Counted from the stretch's first letter, positions 37,861-47,458 are shown. The stretch: DNA of 64,000 nt from a virus (IMGVR_UViG_3300028591_000083:143350-207349), one strand, 5' to 3'. Program-made: numbers and translations. Notes: generated by a model not told the origin, from the letters alone.

Positions 37861-37889
37861 ATCATAGCACAAAACATGAAAAATGTCAA
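37861..37889 (-). promoter_or_regulatory. sigmaA promoter
   Basis: TTGACA-17-TATGAT with TG. Confidence 0.72.
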
Positions 37890-37903
37890 GATGGATTTTG
37901 AAA

Positions 37904-40279
37904 TTAGTCATCATCTTCATCTTCATCATCCTCAAGTTCTGCTTCGTCTAAGTCTTTGCCATACCAACTCTTGAATAGCTCAGTATCGCATTTCAGCGGA
38001 ACACAAAGATCTTTTCCGGCATGAATCATACAATAACTCATTAACTCAGCACATCTCTTTGCATTCTTAATAGGGCATTCGGCAATGATTTCATCATGTA
38101 CCGGAATCAGCATTCTAAATCCTAATTCTTTGAGTTCTTCATTATTGAATAATTCTATCTGAGCTTTCTTCGTAAGTTCAGCGGCAGTTCCCTGTACTAC
38201 TGAATTAACGCACTTTCTCTTAGCCTTACGGATGAAAGCTGTATTGTCCTTAATCTTGAATCCCTGATTCTTAATCCGTTCCTTCATTTCCTCTCGCTTC
38301 TTATAGCCATAACAATTTAACAATTTGTTTGTTAAATCTCTTACAACACTTTCAGGAACTTCTGAGGATTGTGAAGCATCTGGATTAAGTGGGTCAAAAT
38401 CTGGATTGTAGCCATCCTTATATTCAAACTCATAGTAAGGAAGTTGCATATCCGGCAACTGTCGTCTGTGTCCCCACAGTGTTTCAGCATATCCGTTCTC
38501 TCTTGCTTGATCTTCGCAATAATCAATAAAACTTGCTAAACCATCAAACTTTGAAAGAACTTTGTCATAAATAGTTTGTGCTTCTTTTACTGTCTTACCA
38601 AGTTGTTCTGCTATTGATGGTATTCCTCTGCCATATAAAATTCCCAATACGATTTTTTTGCTTTCACTTCGTCTTTTCTTGCCATCCGGATTAGTTGTTC
38701 CATCCGGTCTAAACTCGCAACAATCTTCATATGTCGTGTTAAATGACACAGCAGCTATCTCAGAATAAACATCTTTATCATCCTGATATGCCTTTATCAT
38801 TTTTTGATCGTTACTTAAATGTGCTGTAACTCTAACTTCCTGTCCGGAATAGTCACAAGACATTAAAGTATATCCTTTTGTTGCTGTGAAGAGCTGTCTG
38901 ATATCATGTCCTGAATCAATTACAGTTCCATCACTCAGTACAAATGGTTGTGACGGGATTTGTTGCAAGTTTGGAGAATTTGAAGAAATACGTGATGTTG
39001 CTGCTCCATACTGGTTATACTTACCATGAATACGCTTATCTGGATATTGTTTTGCAATATCTGGAAGTGTATCAATGAAAGCACGAATAACCTTAAAGAA
39101 CGCCTTATAGTCAAGAAGTGCTTTACAGAATGGATGATCTATCTGTTTAAGAATATTTTTGTCTGTTCCTCTAGGCTTCTTTGGATCAACAACAGGCAAA
39201 TTAAGAATATCATATAGAATAATTGCTAACTGCTGAGAACTATTAAAATTCACTGGATCTGTTAGCACACAATTCGGATGTGTTCTTTTGTAATCTTCTA
39301 CAAGATGAAGATACGGTTTGAACACATTTCTAAGGTTTTCTTCCATCTTGTCAGAAAGATCATGATACTTCTTTTGCAACTTTTCTGCATATTCAAAATC
39401 ACACGTAACGCCTGTCTGCTCCATTGAAATAAATGTTGGCATTGATTTCATTTCAATATTAAAGAAAGCGTTTGATAATTTCTGCATATGCTTTGATTCG
39501 TAATAAATTCCAGTTGGTTCAAGATACTGCGCCTGAAATTCATACAATTCATGAGTATAGATAGCATCAGATGCGGCATAAAGATACGCTGTTGTTATCG
39601 GGATAAGATTGAATGGAATATTGTCAAACAATTTTCCAAATGTCAATGCTTCTCCGCGATTTCCCCAACAATACTTCTTATGCAATGCTTTCAACGATTT
39701 CTGACCTCTAGGCTCTTCGCTGTTTAAGCACATTGCCGCAACAGACGTATCAAAGTATGGAGTAAACCAAACATTGATATGATTTCCTAAGAAACGAATA
39801 TCGAATGGGGCATTAAACCATACTGTCTTTGTATTTGCATCAACTAACTTTTGAAAATACTTTGTTAAAATTTCAACAGGAAGTTGATCTTTACATTTAA
39901 CATTGGTTATATAGCTCACATGGTTTACAGGAATATATGCTGGTTTCATTGTTGGCGTATATATACAAATACCTACAAGTTGATCTATGATTGGATCAAG
40001 ACCTGTAGTTTCTGTATCTATACTGATTATTCCGTTTTCTATACATTTATCAATGTATGCTGATAAATCTTCTTCTTTCTGAATAAGTTGCAGTTCATCC
40101 TCTTTACCTTCAAATTTTGACTTCACAAGGGAAATAATAGCTTGTATTCGGTCAAGTAGCTTTCCACTGCCTTTTAGTTGTACGGCAGTGGAAGACTTGA
40201 CTGGTTTTGAGGATGATTTGGCTAATCTTTTGTCTCGTTCCTTACTTGAACGTGAGGAATCTAAGCCAAAAAATCCCAT
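37904..40279 (-). CDS. polA: Family A DNA polymerase with 3'-5' exonuclease
   Basis: IDTETTGL, NAPFD, YAASDA; DYSGQEVR, KKIVLGILYG, VQGTAA, VHDE. Confidence 0.95.
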   Translation of the reverse strand: MGFFGLDSSRSSKERDKRLAKSSSKPVKSSTAVQLKGSGKLLDRIQAIISLVKSKFEGKEDELQLIQKEEDLSAYIDKCIENGIISIDTETTGLDPIIDQLVGICIYTPTMKPAYIPVNHVSYITNVKCKDQLPVEILTKYFQKLVDANTKTVWFNAPFDIRFLGNHINVWFTPYFDTSVAAMCLNSEEPRGQKSLKALHKKYCWGNRGEALTFGKLFDNIPFNLIPITTAYLYAASDAIYTHELYEFQAQYLEPTGIYYESKHMQKLSNAFFNIEMKSMPTFISMEQTGVTCDFEYAEKLQKKYHDLSDKMEENLRNVFKPYLHLVEDYKRTHPNCVLTDPVNFNSSQQLAIILYDILNLPVVDPKKPRGTDKNILKQIDHPFCKALLDYKAFFKVIRAFIDTLPDIAKQYPDKRIHGKYNQYGAATSRISSNSPNLQQIPSQPFVLSDGTVIDSGHDIRQLFTATKGYTLMSCDYSGQEVRVTAHLSNDQKMIKAYQDDKDVYSEIAAVSFNTTYEDCCEFRPDGTTNPDGKKRRSESKKIVLGILYGRGIPSIAEQLGKTVKEAQTIYDKVLSKFDGLASFIDYCEDQARENGYAETLWGHRRQLPDMQLPYYEFEYKDGYNPDFDPLNPDASQSSEVPESVVRDLTNKLLNCYGYKKREEMKERIKNQGFKIKDNTAFIRKAKRKCVNSVVQGTAAELTKKAQIELFNNEELKELGFRMLIPVHDEIIAECPIKNAKRCAELMSYCMIHAGKDLCVPLKCDTELFKSWYGKDLDEAELEDDEDEDDD

Positions 40280-40298
40280 ATAAAATCACCTCAAACCA

Positions 40299-40970
40299 TT
40301 ATGAAATATCAGGGCGAGTTGTTCCCCTTCTTCTTGGTACATCCTCAGAGCGATCTCTGCGGCGAACTCCATCATTTTCTGTATCAGAGGACGGATTAAA
40401 TGTTCTGTTCTCGACAAAGTTCTTCATCTCATCAAATGTTAGTTTAAGAAGCATACCGTTCTCAGGTGTCGGCATATCGACTTCTTCAAGCAGATCTTCA
40501 AGAGTGGTATCATCAGTACCATCATGAATGATCTCATAAGTGGTGTTTTCATCACCGGCAGCACCATTACGCTCAATGATGAAAGTGTTAGAACAGAACG
40601 GAGAACCTTTTTCTACCATAAGAGTTGAAAGCTGTTTATACATCTTCTTTCCGCGATCCCAGATAACAGCTTCTTCATCATCTACCTTATACATTGGAAT
40701 GTAGAACTTTGTAATTGTCTTTCTGTCTGCCATGTTTGGAGATGAACAACACGGACAAGTTTCAAGCGGATCACCGTACTCTCTGAGGCAGTCAACAGAA
40801 CGATAATTGCCGTACTTGTCTTTAACTCTGTGTACGCAGTAACCTTCAACATCATCAAGAGAGTTATACATGAAGCGAACACGACAAGTATCTCCGTCAT
40901 TCTTTAGTGAGAAATAACCGGATGACTCATTGGAATAATTCTGTAGGTCTTGCTGTGCATTGAATTTCAT
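40299..40970 (-). CDS. Single-stranded DNA-binding protein (gp32-like, zinc-binding)
   Basis: FSLKNDGD...VRF...H...C...CPCC; adjacent to polA. Confidence 0.7.
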   Translation of the reverse strand: MKFNAQQDLQNYSNESSGYFSLKNDGDTCRVRFMYNSLDDVEGYCVHRVKDKYGNYRSVDCLREYGDPLETCPCCSSPNMADRKTITKFYIPMYKVDDEEAVIWDRGKKMYKQLSTLMVEKGSPFCSNTFIIERNGAAGDENTTYEIIHDGTDDTTLEDLLEEVDMPTPENGMLLKLTFDEMKNFVENRTFNPSSDTENDGVRRRDRSEDVPRRRGTTRPDIS

Positions 40971-41055
40971 AAGGCAACTTCCTTTCGCGTTATAAAAATA
41001 TTATATAAACAGCAAAAGCTGTATATACCGATAAAATAAACAAAAGGCTCACAGA

Positions 41056-41376
41056 TTATTTCACTGTGAGCCTTGTGGTCATTGTACGCTTTGCGATCTT
41101 ATCAAAGAGTTCCTGTGACACAATGCTTTTTACATCAGATGCCGAAACACTTTCTTTTACATACTTGGAAAGCGTTGCCTTATGACACCCAACAATGATT
41201 TCATTAGAACCGCTGTTCTCAATAGCTTCCTTGATCTTTGCATCAAGTTCTTCTACAATCCGCTTGGCTTCGTCAATCATATTCTTGTATTCCTGACGCT
41301 GCTCAATGATTGCAAGCAGTTCTGCATCGTTCACAGTTACGATTTCTTTAGTTTCAGTATTTTTCTTTGTAGCCAT
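41056..41376 (-). CDS. Small coiled-coil protein
   Basis: Strong GGAGG RBS with A/C-rich leader; resembles 47495..47911. Confidence 0.6.
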   Translation of the reverse strand: MATKKNTETKEIVTVNDAELLAIIEQRQEYKNMIDEAKRIVEELDAKIKEAIENSGSNEIIVGCHKATLSKYVKESVSASDVKSIVSQELFDKIAKRTMTTRLTVK

Positions 41377-41548
41377 TTTCTTTTCCTCCGTTTTTGTTGT
41401 TTTGGGTTTTTGTGTTTTTTGATTCTTTGTTTTTATTGTTCAGCCTACCCACCGCCCAATAGGATAGGCTGAACCTTAAGAAAGTGTGTCAAAAAATGAA
41501 AACCGCAGATTTTGGATTATTCCTTGCGATATTTCCTTTGACAATTAT

Positions 41549-41577
41549 AGTATAGCACATTTTTTGAGATTTGTCAA
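41549..41577 (-). promoter_or_regulatory. sigmaA promoter of the ssb-polA operon
   Basis: TTGACA-17-TATACT with TG. Confidence 0.8.
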
Positions 41578-41599
41578 GTGGTTTTTGAAAATTTTTTTT

Positions 41600-42619
41600 T
41601 CAAAAAATTTCTTGAAGATTATCGAATTCATCTTTCGATAAATCATTGATATCTTTTCCTGTTGGAACAACTAACTCAGATATTAATTTTGAACTTCCTA
41701 AATACTTACGTAATTTCTGTCTACCTTTATTTCCGGCAGCATCAGGATCAAGACCTAATACTATTTTTCTGCAAGGAAGATTCTTTATTTGCTTGTATTG
41801 TAAATCTGTCCCTGTTCCATGAAGAGCAACTGCATATTTGCCATACACCCAACAAGTGAGACAGTTGAATATAGATTCACATATAATTATCTCTGAGGGA
41901 AATGTATCTAATTGTTTTAGCTCGTAAACTCCATATACAGGCTTATCTACTCCAACAGGAAAACTAAAGAATTTTCCTTCTACTGATCTACGAGCTATAA
42001 ATAGTACATTTCCTTCTTCGTCTTTAATTGGGAATGTTAGACACGGAATTACTTTATCGCCAAACTTTGTTTTCAGCGTGAAATTCTTATCGTATCCAAC
42101 ATCGAACATCTCAATAATATCGTCTGTTAGCTTTCGCTTATACATATATGGATGTGTATATCTATATGAATCTAGTTCTTCTTCTGTTATATAATTTTGT
42201 TTCTGATCTTCTTTATTTTTCTTGCCGCGAGACATATCTAATTTAATTTCGGGTCTGTTTTCATACTCAACAGTCAAGAAATTCTTTCTTAGCCACTGAG
42301 TACCGAATGCTCCGAAATCATTTCTTCCGAACAGAGCACTTATCATTTCTTCAAGAGAACCGACATAGCCACAAGTAAAGCAATGCACAGTTCCAGACTT
42401 AATCAACTTATCGCCTTTTTTAATGTCTCTTGTTGTGATACCACAAGAGGGTTTAGATTCTTGACCTCCTTTATGAAAAGGACAAGTTATCTGAATTGTA
42501 TTTGGAAGAACACGAATATCATGAAGTCTATCAATTCCATTTAGTGCTAGCTGAGTTCTAAGTTCAACTAGCACTTCTTCTTCATCTGCCAAAATAGGCA
42601 TTCCCATTACTTCAAACAT
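41600..42619 (-). CDS. dnaG: DNA primase (CHC2 zinc finger + TOPRIM)
   Basis: CPFH...HCFTC; CESIFN, LDPDAAG, KDIND. Confidence 0.9.
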   Translation of the reverse strand: MFEVMGMPILADEEEVLVELRTQLALNGIDRLHDIRVLPNTIQITCPFHKGGQESKPSCGITTRDIKKGDKLIKSGTVHCFTCGYVGSLEEMISALFGRNDFGAFGTQWLRKNFLTVEYENRPEIKLDMSRGKKNKEDQKQNYITEEELDSYRYTHPYMYKRKLTDDIIEMFDVGYDKNFTLKTKFGDKVIPCLTFPIKDEEGNVLFIARRSVEGKFFSFPVGVDKPVYGVYELKQLDTFPSEIIICESIFNCLTCWVYGKYAVALHGTGTDLQYKQIKNLPCRKIVLGLDPDAAGNKGRQKLRKYLGSSKLISELVVPTGKDINDLSKDEFDNLQEIF

Positions 42620-42892
42620 TTATCCTTCTCCAGCAAAGTCAACAGAAACATAAGATGTGTAATTTTCATCGTAAAAAATAACCTTTGGAAAAAGCGCATA
42701 CATGGATGAGCAGTATTTCAGAAGATTGTATGGCGTTACACCGTCACCAATTTTGAATCTGAGTGTAGTATCTGAAATATCTGTTCCAATCTCTTTTTCA
42801 ATAATCAATTCACGATTCTTAAAAATAAGGTGTCCATTTTCTGAAAGATATTCTTTTGTGTAGCATTTCGGCTGTATTCCAATACCGTTCAT
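42620..42892 (-). CDS. Small protein with Mtd-N/hyaluronidase N-terminal-like motif
   Basis: RFKIGDGVTPYNLLKY. Confidence 0.55.
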   Translation of the reverse strand: MNGIGIQPKCYTKEYLSENGHLIFKNRELIIEKEIGTDISDTTLRFKIGDGVTPYNLLKYCSSMYALFPKVIFYDENYTSYVSVDFAGEG

Positions 42893-42906
42893 TTACAATC
42901 AACTCC

Positions 42907-44211
42907 TTAGAATGGTTCTGATCTTGCTTTTCTGGTAAGCGGCTGCTTATTCTCTACAAGCTCTCTGCCGTGCGATCTTGTACTTGGTTCTGTTGATTCA
43001 GAATATTCATCTGGATTCGCATTGTATGAAAATTCTCCTGTATCAATTTGCCAATCATAGCACAGCTTTGTTCCTACTTTACAGTTACGCGCTTTAGTTA
43101 CTTCCATTTTCAATTTGCTGTCTTTCTGTCGGATGGAAAGAACCTTTGACGCATTGTGTGAAATTCCGTCTGAATCTCTAATGCTTTCAAGTGCCGGAAC
43201 ACTGCCGTCTTCTTCTATTCCATTTCTGTTTGCCTGTACGACTGCAATAATCGGAATTTTAAGTTCACAGCTAAGAGACATTAAATCCTCGCTAATATTT
43301 GTTAGTGATGTGGTCTTATTGTCTCCTTTATGATATCGTTCATCACTGAGATACGTAATACCGTCAATACCAAGAACATCCAACTTATGTTGTAAACAGA
43401 ACTTTCTTAGTTTTGACACAGTGATTTTTCTGTTGAAGTCTAGCGGTGTTGCAACTATGAACTTATTTTTTGCGTTTGTTTTCAAATCATCAATGTATTC
43501 TTCATAGTTCTCAACGTCTTTACCTGTATACAAAGCAAAGTTTGAAAAATGTTTATTCAGTGAATCAAATCTGTAACCAACAGATTCTTCACTCATCTCA
43601 GGAGAAATGTAACCTACATTTCCACCTATCTTCCAGTTGTGAGTTAAAATCTTTGCCAGAACCCAAGACTTACCATTATTTGTCCTAGCAACGATTACCA
43701 TAAATTCTTCGCCTAGTGCTAGACCACCTATAACTTCATCAAGTTCTTTGAATCCAGTTGGACGCATCCAAGGCTCATCTGAATCACGCTTAAATTTATA
43801 TGTTTCAAGTCTAAGGTCTGCTTGTGCAATAATATCGGTACCGCAAGCACCGCTCATAACCTGAATATTCTGCAACTCTGATCTAAGATAGTCTACTGCG
43901 GCAACAGAATCAGATTGTGTTAGCTCTGCTACCTTATTTATAATGGGAACTAATTTCTGATATTGATATTCTTCCATTAGTTTTTCCAGTAAATAGGAAT
44001 CACTCTCTGTGACTTCCATTACTGTGAAATCCTCAAATTTATCAAGGAATGTTTCAATATCAGGAACATTGCCGAACTTTCTATAGTGATTGTATATGAA
44101 ATCATACTCTGTTGCATATTCGCAAAAGTGTTCAGATTCCAAATCATTGTCGAACGCAAAATCTAAAGATTTAGCTTTCAGTATCTTGTTCAGAACTTGA
44201 AGCTGTATCAT
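42907..44211 (-). CDS. dnaB: DnaB-like replicative helicase
   Basis: PTGFKELD, ARTNNGKS, SPEM, IDG, QANR, KAR. Confidence 0.9.
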   Translation of the reverse strand: MIQLQVLNKILKAKSLDFAFDNDLESEHFCEYATEYDFIYNHYRKFGNVPDIETFLDKFEDFTVMEVTESDSYLLEKLMEEYQYQKLVPIINKVAELTQSDSVAAVDYLRSELQNIQVMSGACGTDIIAQADLRLETYKFKRDSDEPWMRPTGFKELDEVIGGLALGEEFMVIVARTNNGKSWVLAKILTHNWKIGGNVGYISPEMSEESVGYRFDSLNKHFSNFALYTGKDVENYEEYIDDLKTNAKNKFIVATPLDFNRKITVSKLRKFCLQHKLDVLGIDGITYLSDERYHKGDNKTTSLTNISEDLMSLSCELKIPIIAVVQANRNGIEEDGSVPALESIRDSDGISHNASKVLSIRQKDSKLKMEVTKARNCKVGTKLCYDWQIDTGEFSYNANPDEYSESTEPSTRSHGRELVENKQPLTRKARSEPF

Positions 44212-44953
44212 CCTCACTCATCTCCAAACTATTTAAGAATTCTGCATAGGTGTTTCTCTTTCTCCTGTCCGGACCTGAAACACATAAGCAGTCAGATGAA
44301 CCGCAAACACGCGATTCAAGTCTATGATCCATTACTCTCAGTTCATTTGGAGTTAAATTGCTTGTGAAGATATTACATTTCTTAGAGAACATTCTTTCAT
44401 TGATATAGGAATATAGCCACTGTGATTCATATTGTGTTGGATCTGTCTGCCCGATATCATCCCAGATAACAACATCACAATTCTGAATCTCACGCAGAAA
44501 TTCTCTATAATCCTCTGATTTATATGTCATGTTTAGCTTTGCATCTCGTAAGAAAGACGGAACACTGACATATAGACCTCTTGTGTTATATGCTGTGGTT
44601 TCGGCTACCTGTGCAAAGTAGTTGTTCATCAACTTTACTGCCCAGCTCGTTTTTCCTGTACCCGGTTTTCCGAACAAATACAGATTGAATCCTTTTTTAA
44701 CAAAGAATTCAATGTCTGCTCGAATGACATCAAGCGAATTGATGACTTCATCTGATAGACTTGATGTGTCTAAGTCTTGTGCTTTCCACATACTTTTAGG
44801 CAAATTACTCATTTGAAACAGGTAATCTGTCTGCGTGAATTTCTTACAGTGTGATGTGCAAGCATCAGTTCCATACTTATCACAGAAATTCTTATACCAA
44901 CAGTTTTGGATATCATCTCTGTGAACATAGCGATCATCTCTCATAGCAAACAA
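44171..44953 (-). CDS. DnaC/IstB-like helicase loader ATPase
   Basis: GKPGTGKT, WDDIG, INER, TSNL, SRV. Confidence 0.85.
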   Translation of the reverse strand: MFAMRDDRYVHRDDIQNCWYKNFCDKYGTDACTSHCKKFTQTDYLFQMSNLPKSMWKAQDLDTSSLSDEVINSLDVIRADIEFFVKKGFNLYLFGKPGTGKTSWAVKLMNNYFAQVAETTAYNTRGLYVSVPSFLRDAKLNMTYKSEDYREFLREIQNCDVVIWDDIGQTDPTQYESQWLYSYINERMFSKKCNIFTSNLTPNELRVMDHRLESRVCGSSDCLCVSGPDRRKRNTYAEFLNSLEMSEDDTASSSEQDTES

Positions 44954-44965
44954 CCTCCACTAATT

Positions 44966-46597
44966 TTATGTCCAAGGCTTGTTGAAGTCAACATCCTTAA
45001 ACCTAGAATCGTTAGGATTTTTACGCTTTGCATCCTCTACATCTTGTCTTCTTCTATCTTCATTGAACTTCGCAAAAGATTCAAGCGTGATACATTTTGC
45101 CTTTAATTTCTTTGTTTCGTTATAATTTTCAACAATAAGATACGGTTTATTATTCTGAATAGAATTTGTTACTGAATCAACCAACATATCATCGTTCATA
45201 CAAAACAGCCTGAGATTGTTCAATGCCGCTGAGAACATCGGCTTTGTCATACTCTTTCCAACTTTCGTTTCATGAATGTAAGTCAACAAAGCATCTTCCA
45301 AGCCATCGCAAAGCTGATAATATCCATCAACAATGAACTTGTGAACAAGGATTTCCTTTTCTTCCATATCCACAGAATCGTCTTGTTGCGCTGTTGCCGG
45401 TCTATATGCAAGAGCCGCATATGAATTTACATATGATTTCTTAACGCTTTCAACCCTATCATTAAGCGTTTTACAAATATCAGACAAATCTTCCAACATC
45501 AGACGGAATTGATTTACAGTACATGATTTTCCTTTAGGAACTTCTGTTACGTATGCACTGAGCCACTTCTTCAACTCCTGAGAACAATCGTTTCCTTCTT
45601 GACAAATGTAGGCATCAATTTCTGCCAACTTAACAGGAATATCAACCTCAGATCTATCTACAAGATACAGTGAACGGTAGTTGTTCATGTAGGATTTTCT
45701 AACACCTTCAATCATTCTATCCACTGTTCTGCCATGAGTATACAGATTGTCTAATTGATTCTGCCACTGTGCCGGAGTATAACTTCTTCCGTTCTGTGTA
45801 TCTAAGAAACTATTAAGAAGATTTAACAATTCTTCATTATTGTATGCATTCATTACAATGAAGCTCTTATTCATATCACGCTTAATTACGTCCCATTCAT
45901 TCCGTTTAACTCTACCTGATTTCTTCGGCTCATCAAACAATTTGTTATTTGCTTTCTTAGATTCTACCTTCTTCTGTTTTTTCGGCTTATCTGATTTTTC
46001 TGGATTTGATCTAAACGGATCAACATAGTTAGTGTCTCTATTTTCAGCAATACGATTAAATACGTCAGAAAGACTGATTTCAGAAACATCCATCCCGCCA
46101 AGTTCACAAGCAAGCTCCCCAAGTGTTATACAGAGCTTAATATTCTTCTTCTTGTGCCACTCTAGCATACCGTTCAGGTAACTATCAATAATTCCTGAAT
46201 CATTTGGAAATGCTGATTTTAGTGCAAAGGAATAGCTTTCGATGAAATTCTTATATGTAGGAAAATCTGCTTCCTCACACATTTCCGTGACCTGTTTCAT
46301 ATTTACACGATAATTATTGTGTTTAATCATCGGATTCAACTCATCGAGTTCTGTTGCTTTATATACAAATCCATTGGATACCAATGTATCAATGTTTCTG
46401 GAAATTGTTTGTCTTGCTACACCGAACCACTTTTCCATTTCATTGAGAGGTGTGTGGCAAGCATGAACAGAATCAAATGACTGAGTAAATAAGTATGAAA
46501 ATATCAAAAGCTGAGTTCCGGACAATCCCAGAACTGTTCTCATCCAAGCCCAAACGATTAGGTTTGGTGTGGTGTCTGAAATATTTTTCTTTTGCAC
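44966..46597 (-). CDS. Replication initiator (N-terminal wHTH + three tandem DnaD-like repeats)
   Basis: LGLSGTQLLIFSYL...WFGVARQTISRNIDTLV; directly upstream of the loader and helicase. Confidence 0.7.
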   Translation of the reverse strand: MQKKNISDTTPNLIVWAWMRTVLGLSGTQLLIFSYLFTQSFDSVHACHTPLNEMEKWFGVARQTISRNIDTLVSNGFVYKATELDELNPMIKHNNYRVNMKQVTEMCEEADFPTYKNFIESYSFALKSAFPNDSGIIDSYLNGMLEWHKKKNIKLCITLGELACELGGMDVSEISLSDVFNRIAENRDTNYVDPFRSNPEKSDKPKKQKKVESKKANNKLFDEPKKSGRVKRNEWDVIKRDMNKSFIVMNAYNNEELLNLLNSFLDTQNGRSYTPAQWQNQLDNLYTHGRTVDRMIEGVRKSYMNNYRSLYLVDRSEVDIPVKLAEIDAYICQEGNDCSQELKKWLSAYVTEVPKGKSCTVNQFRLMLEDLSDICKTLNDRVESVKKSYVNSYAALAYRPATAQQDDSVDMEEKEILVHKFIVDGYYQLCDGLEDALLTYIHETKVGKSMTKPMFSAALNNLRLFCMNDDMLVDSVTNSIQNNKPYLIVENYNETKKLKAKCITLESFAKFNEDRRRQDVEDAKRKNPNDSRFKDVDFNKPWT

Positions 46598-46631
46598 ACA
46601 GCATCAACTCCTCCGGATATATTGTAAGAGG

Positions 46632-47162
46632 TCAATTCCAAATATCAGTATCGTAGCACATTAAAACCGTATGTAGATAATCAATATTTATGATGTAGCA
46701 ATCATCTCGCTCATGTCCAAGTGTTGCTGACTCTGGGGCTTTTCTTCTGAAAATCATATTCTTTTTAATAAGACGATCAAGAATCGCATGGGCTTCTTTC
46801 GGCGTGATTCTCAACCAATTCTCAATATCTCCGGAACATTCAAGATATCCCCACGGCTGACTAGGATTTGTAAAATGAATTACATGAGCGAGAGCCACTT
46901 TTTCATCGTCTGGAAGTTCAAAATCCGGATCATCTGGAAAATGTCTAAACATCCATGCTGGAATACGAACAGGCGCAGGAATCTTACCAATAGGAAACAA
47001 TACAAATCTTCGCTTGAATTCCTCAGAAGCACCTTCCATCAATGCAGTATTGAACTTTTCCTTACGGCGCAATTCCTTACTAAGATATTTGTCGATGATC
47101 TTCTTCTTGTCCTGTGATAATGTTTCTTTATTTGAAATAATTTCATATTCCGTTTTAGTCAT
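46632..47162 (-). CDS. Winged-helix protein, initiator-like
   Basis: EKVALAHVIHF...IENWLRITPKEAHAILDRLIKKNMI. Confidence 0.55.
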   Translation of the reverse strand: MTKTEYEIISNKETLSQDKKKIIDKYLSKELRRKEKFNTALMEGASEEFKRRFVLFPIGKIPAPVRIPAWMFRHFPDDPDFELPDDEKVALAHVIHFTNPSQPWGYLECSGDIENWLRITPKEAHAILDRLIKKNMIFRRKAPESATLGHERDDCYIINIDYLHTVLMCYDTDIWN

Positions 47163-47189
47163 TTAAAACACTCTCCTCAAATATGGATA

Positions 47190-47423
47190 GTAAAAACTAC
47201 CGATTTTACCTAACGGGCTGCGGAACCGTTAAATAAAATCGGTAGTTATATATAGTAATTGGAGTTGTTGTGGTTTGAGTAAATGAACAACAGTACAATG
47301 ACAGGAAGCCTTATGTTGTTTGCACCCGATTATCAAATTTTTTTGAAATCTTAATTTTATCTCAAACGAACAATTCCTCCAAATCACTCACTCAGTATTC
47401 CGCAGCAACAATCTGTTGTTTAT
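47190..47423 (-). ncRNA. Structured leader / attenuator of the initiator operon
   Basis: Terminator hairpin 47195-47247 with U tract; loop complementary to 47398-47406; internal multi-branch stem 47261-47380. Confidence 0.6.
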
Positions 47424-47429
47424 GGTCTT

Positions 47430-47458
47430 AGTATAACACATCTCAAACGATTTGTCAA
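47430..47458 (-). promoter_or_regulatory. sigmaA promoter
   Basis: TTGACA-17-TATACT with TG. Confidence 0.82.

Noticed and set aside
45880-46060. Iterons inside the initiator gene (lambda-type origin)
   Set aside because: Only short lysine-codon-driven similarities (TTCGGC, TTTTTC); no clear repeated unit.
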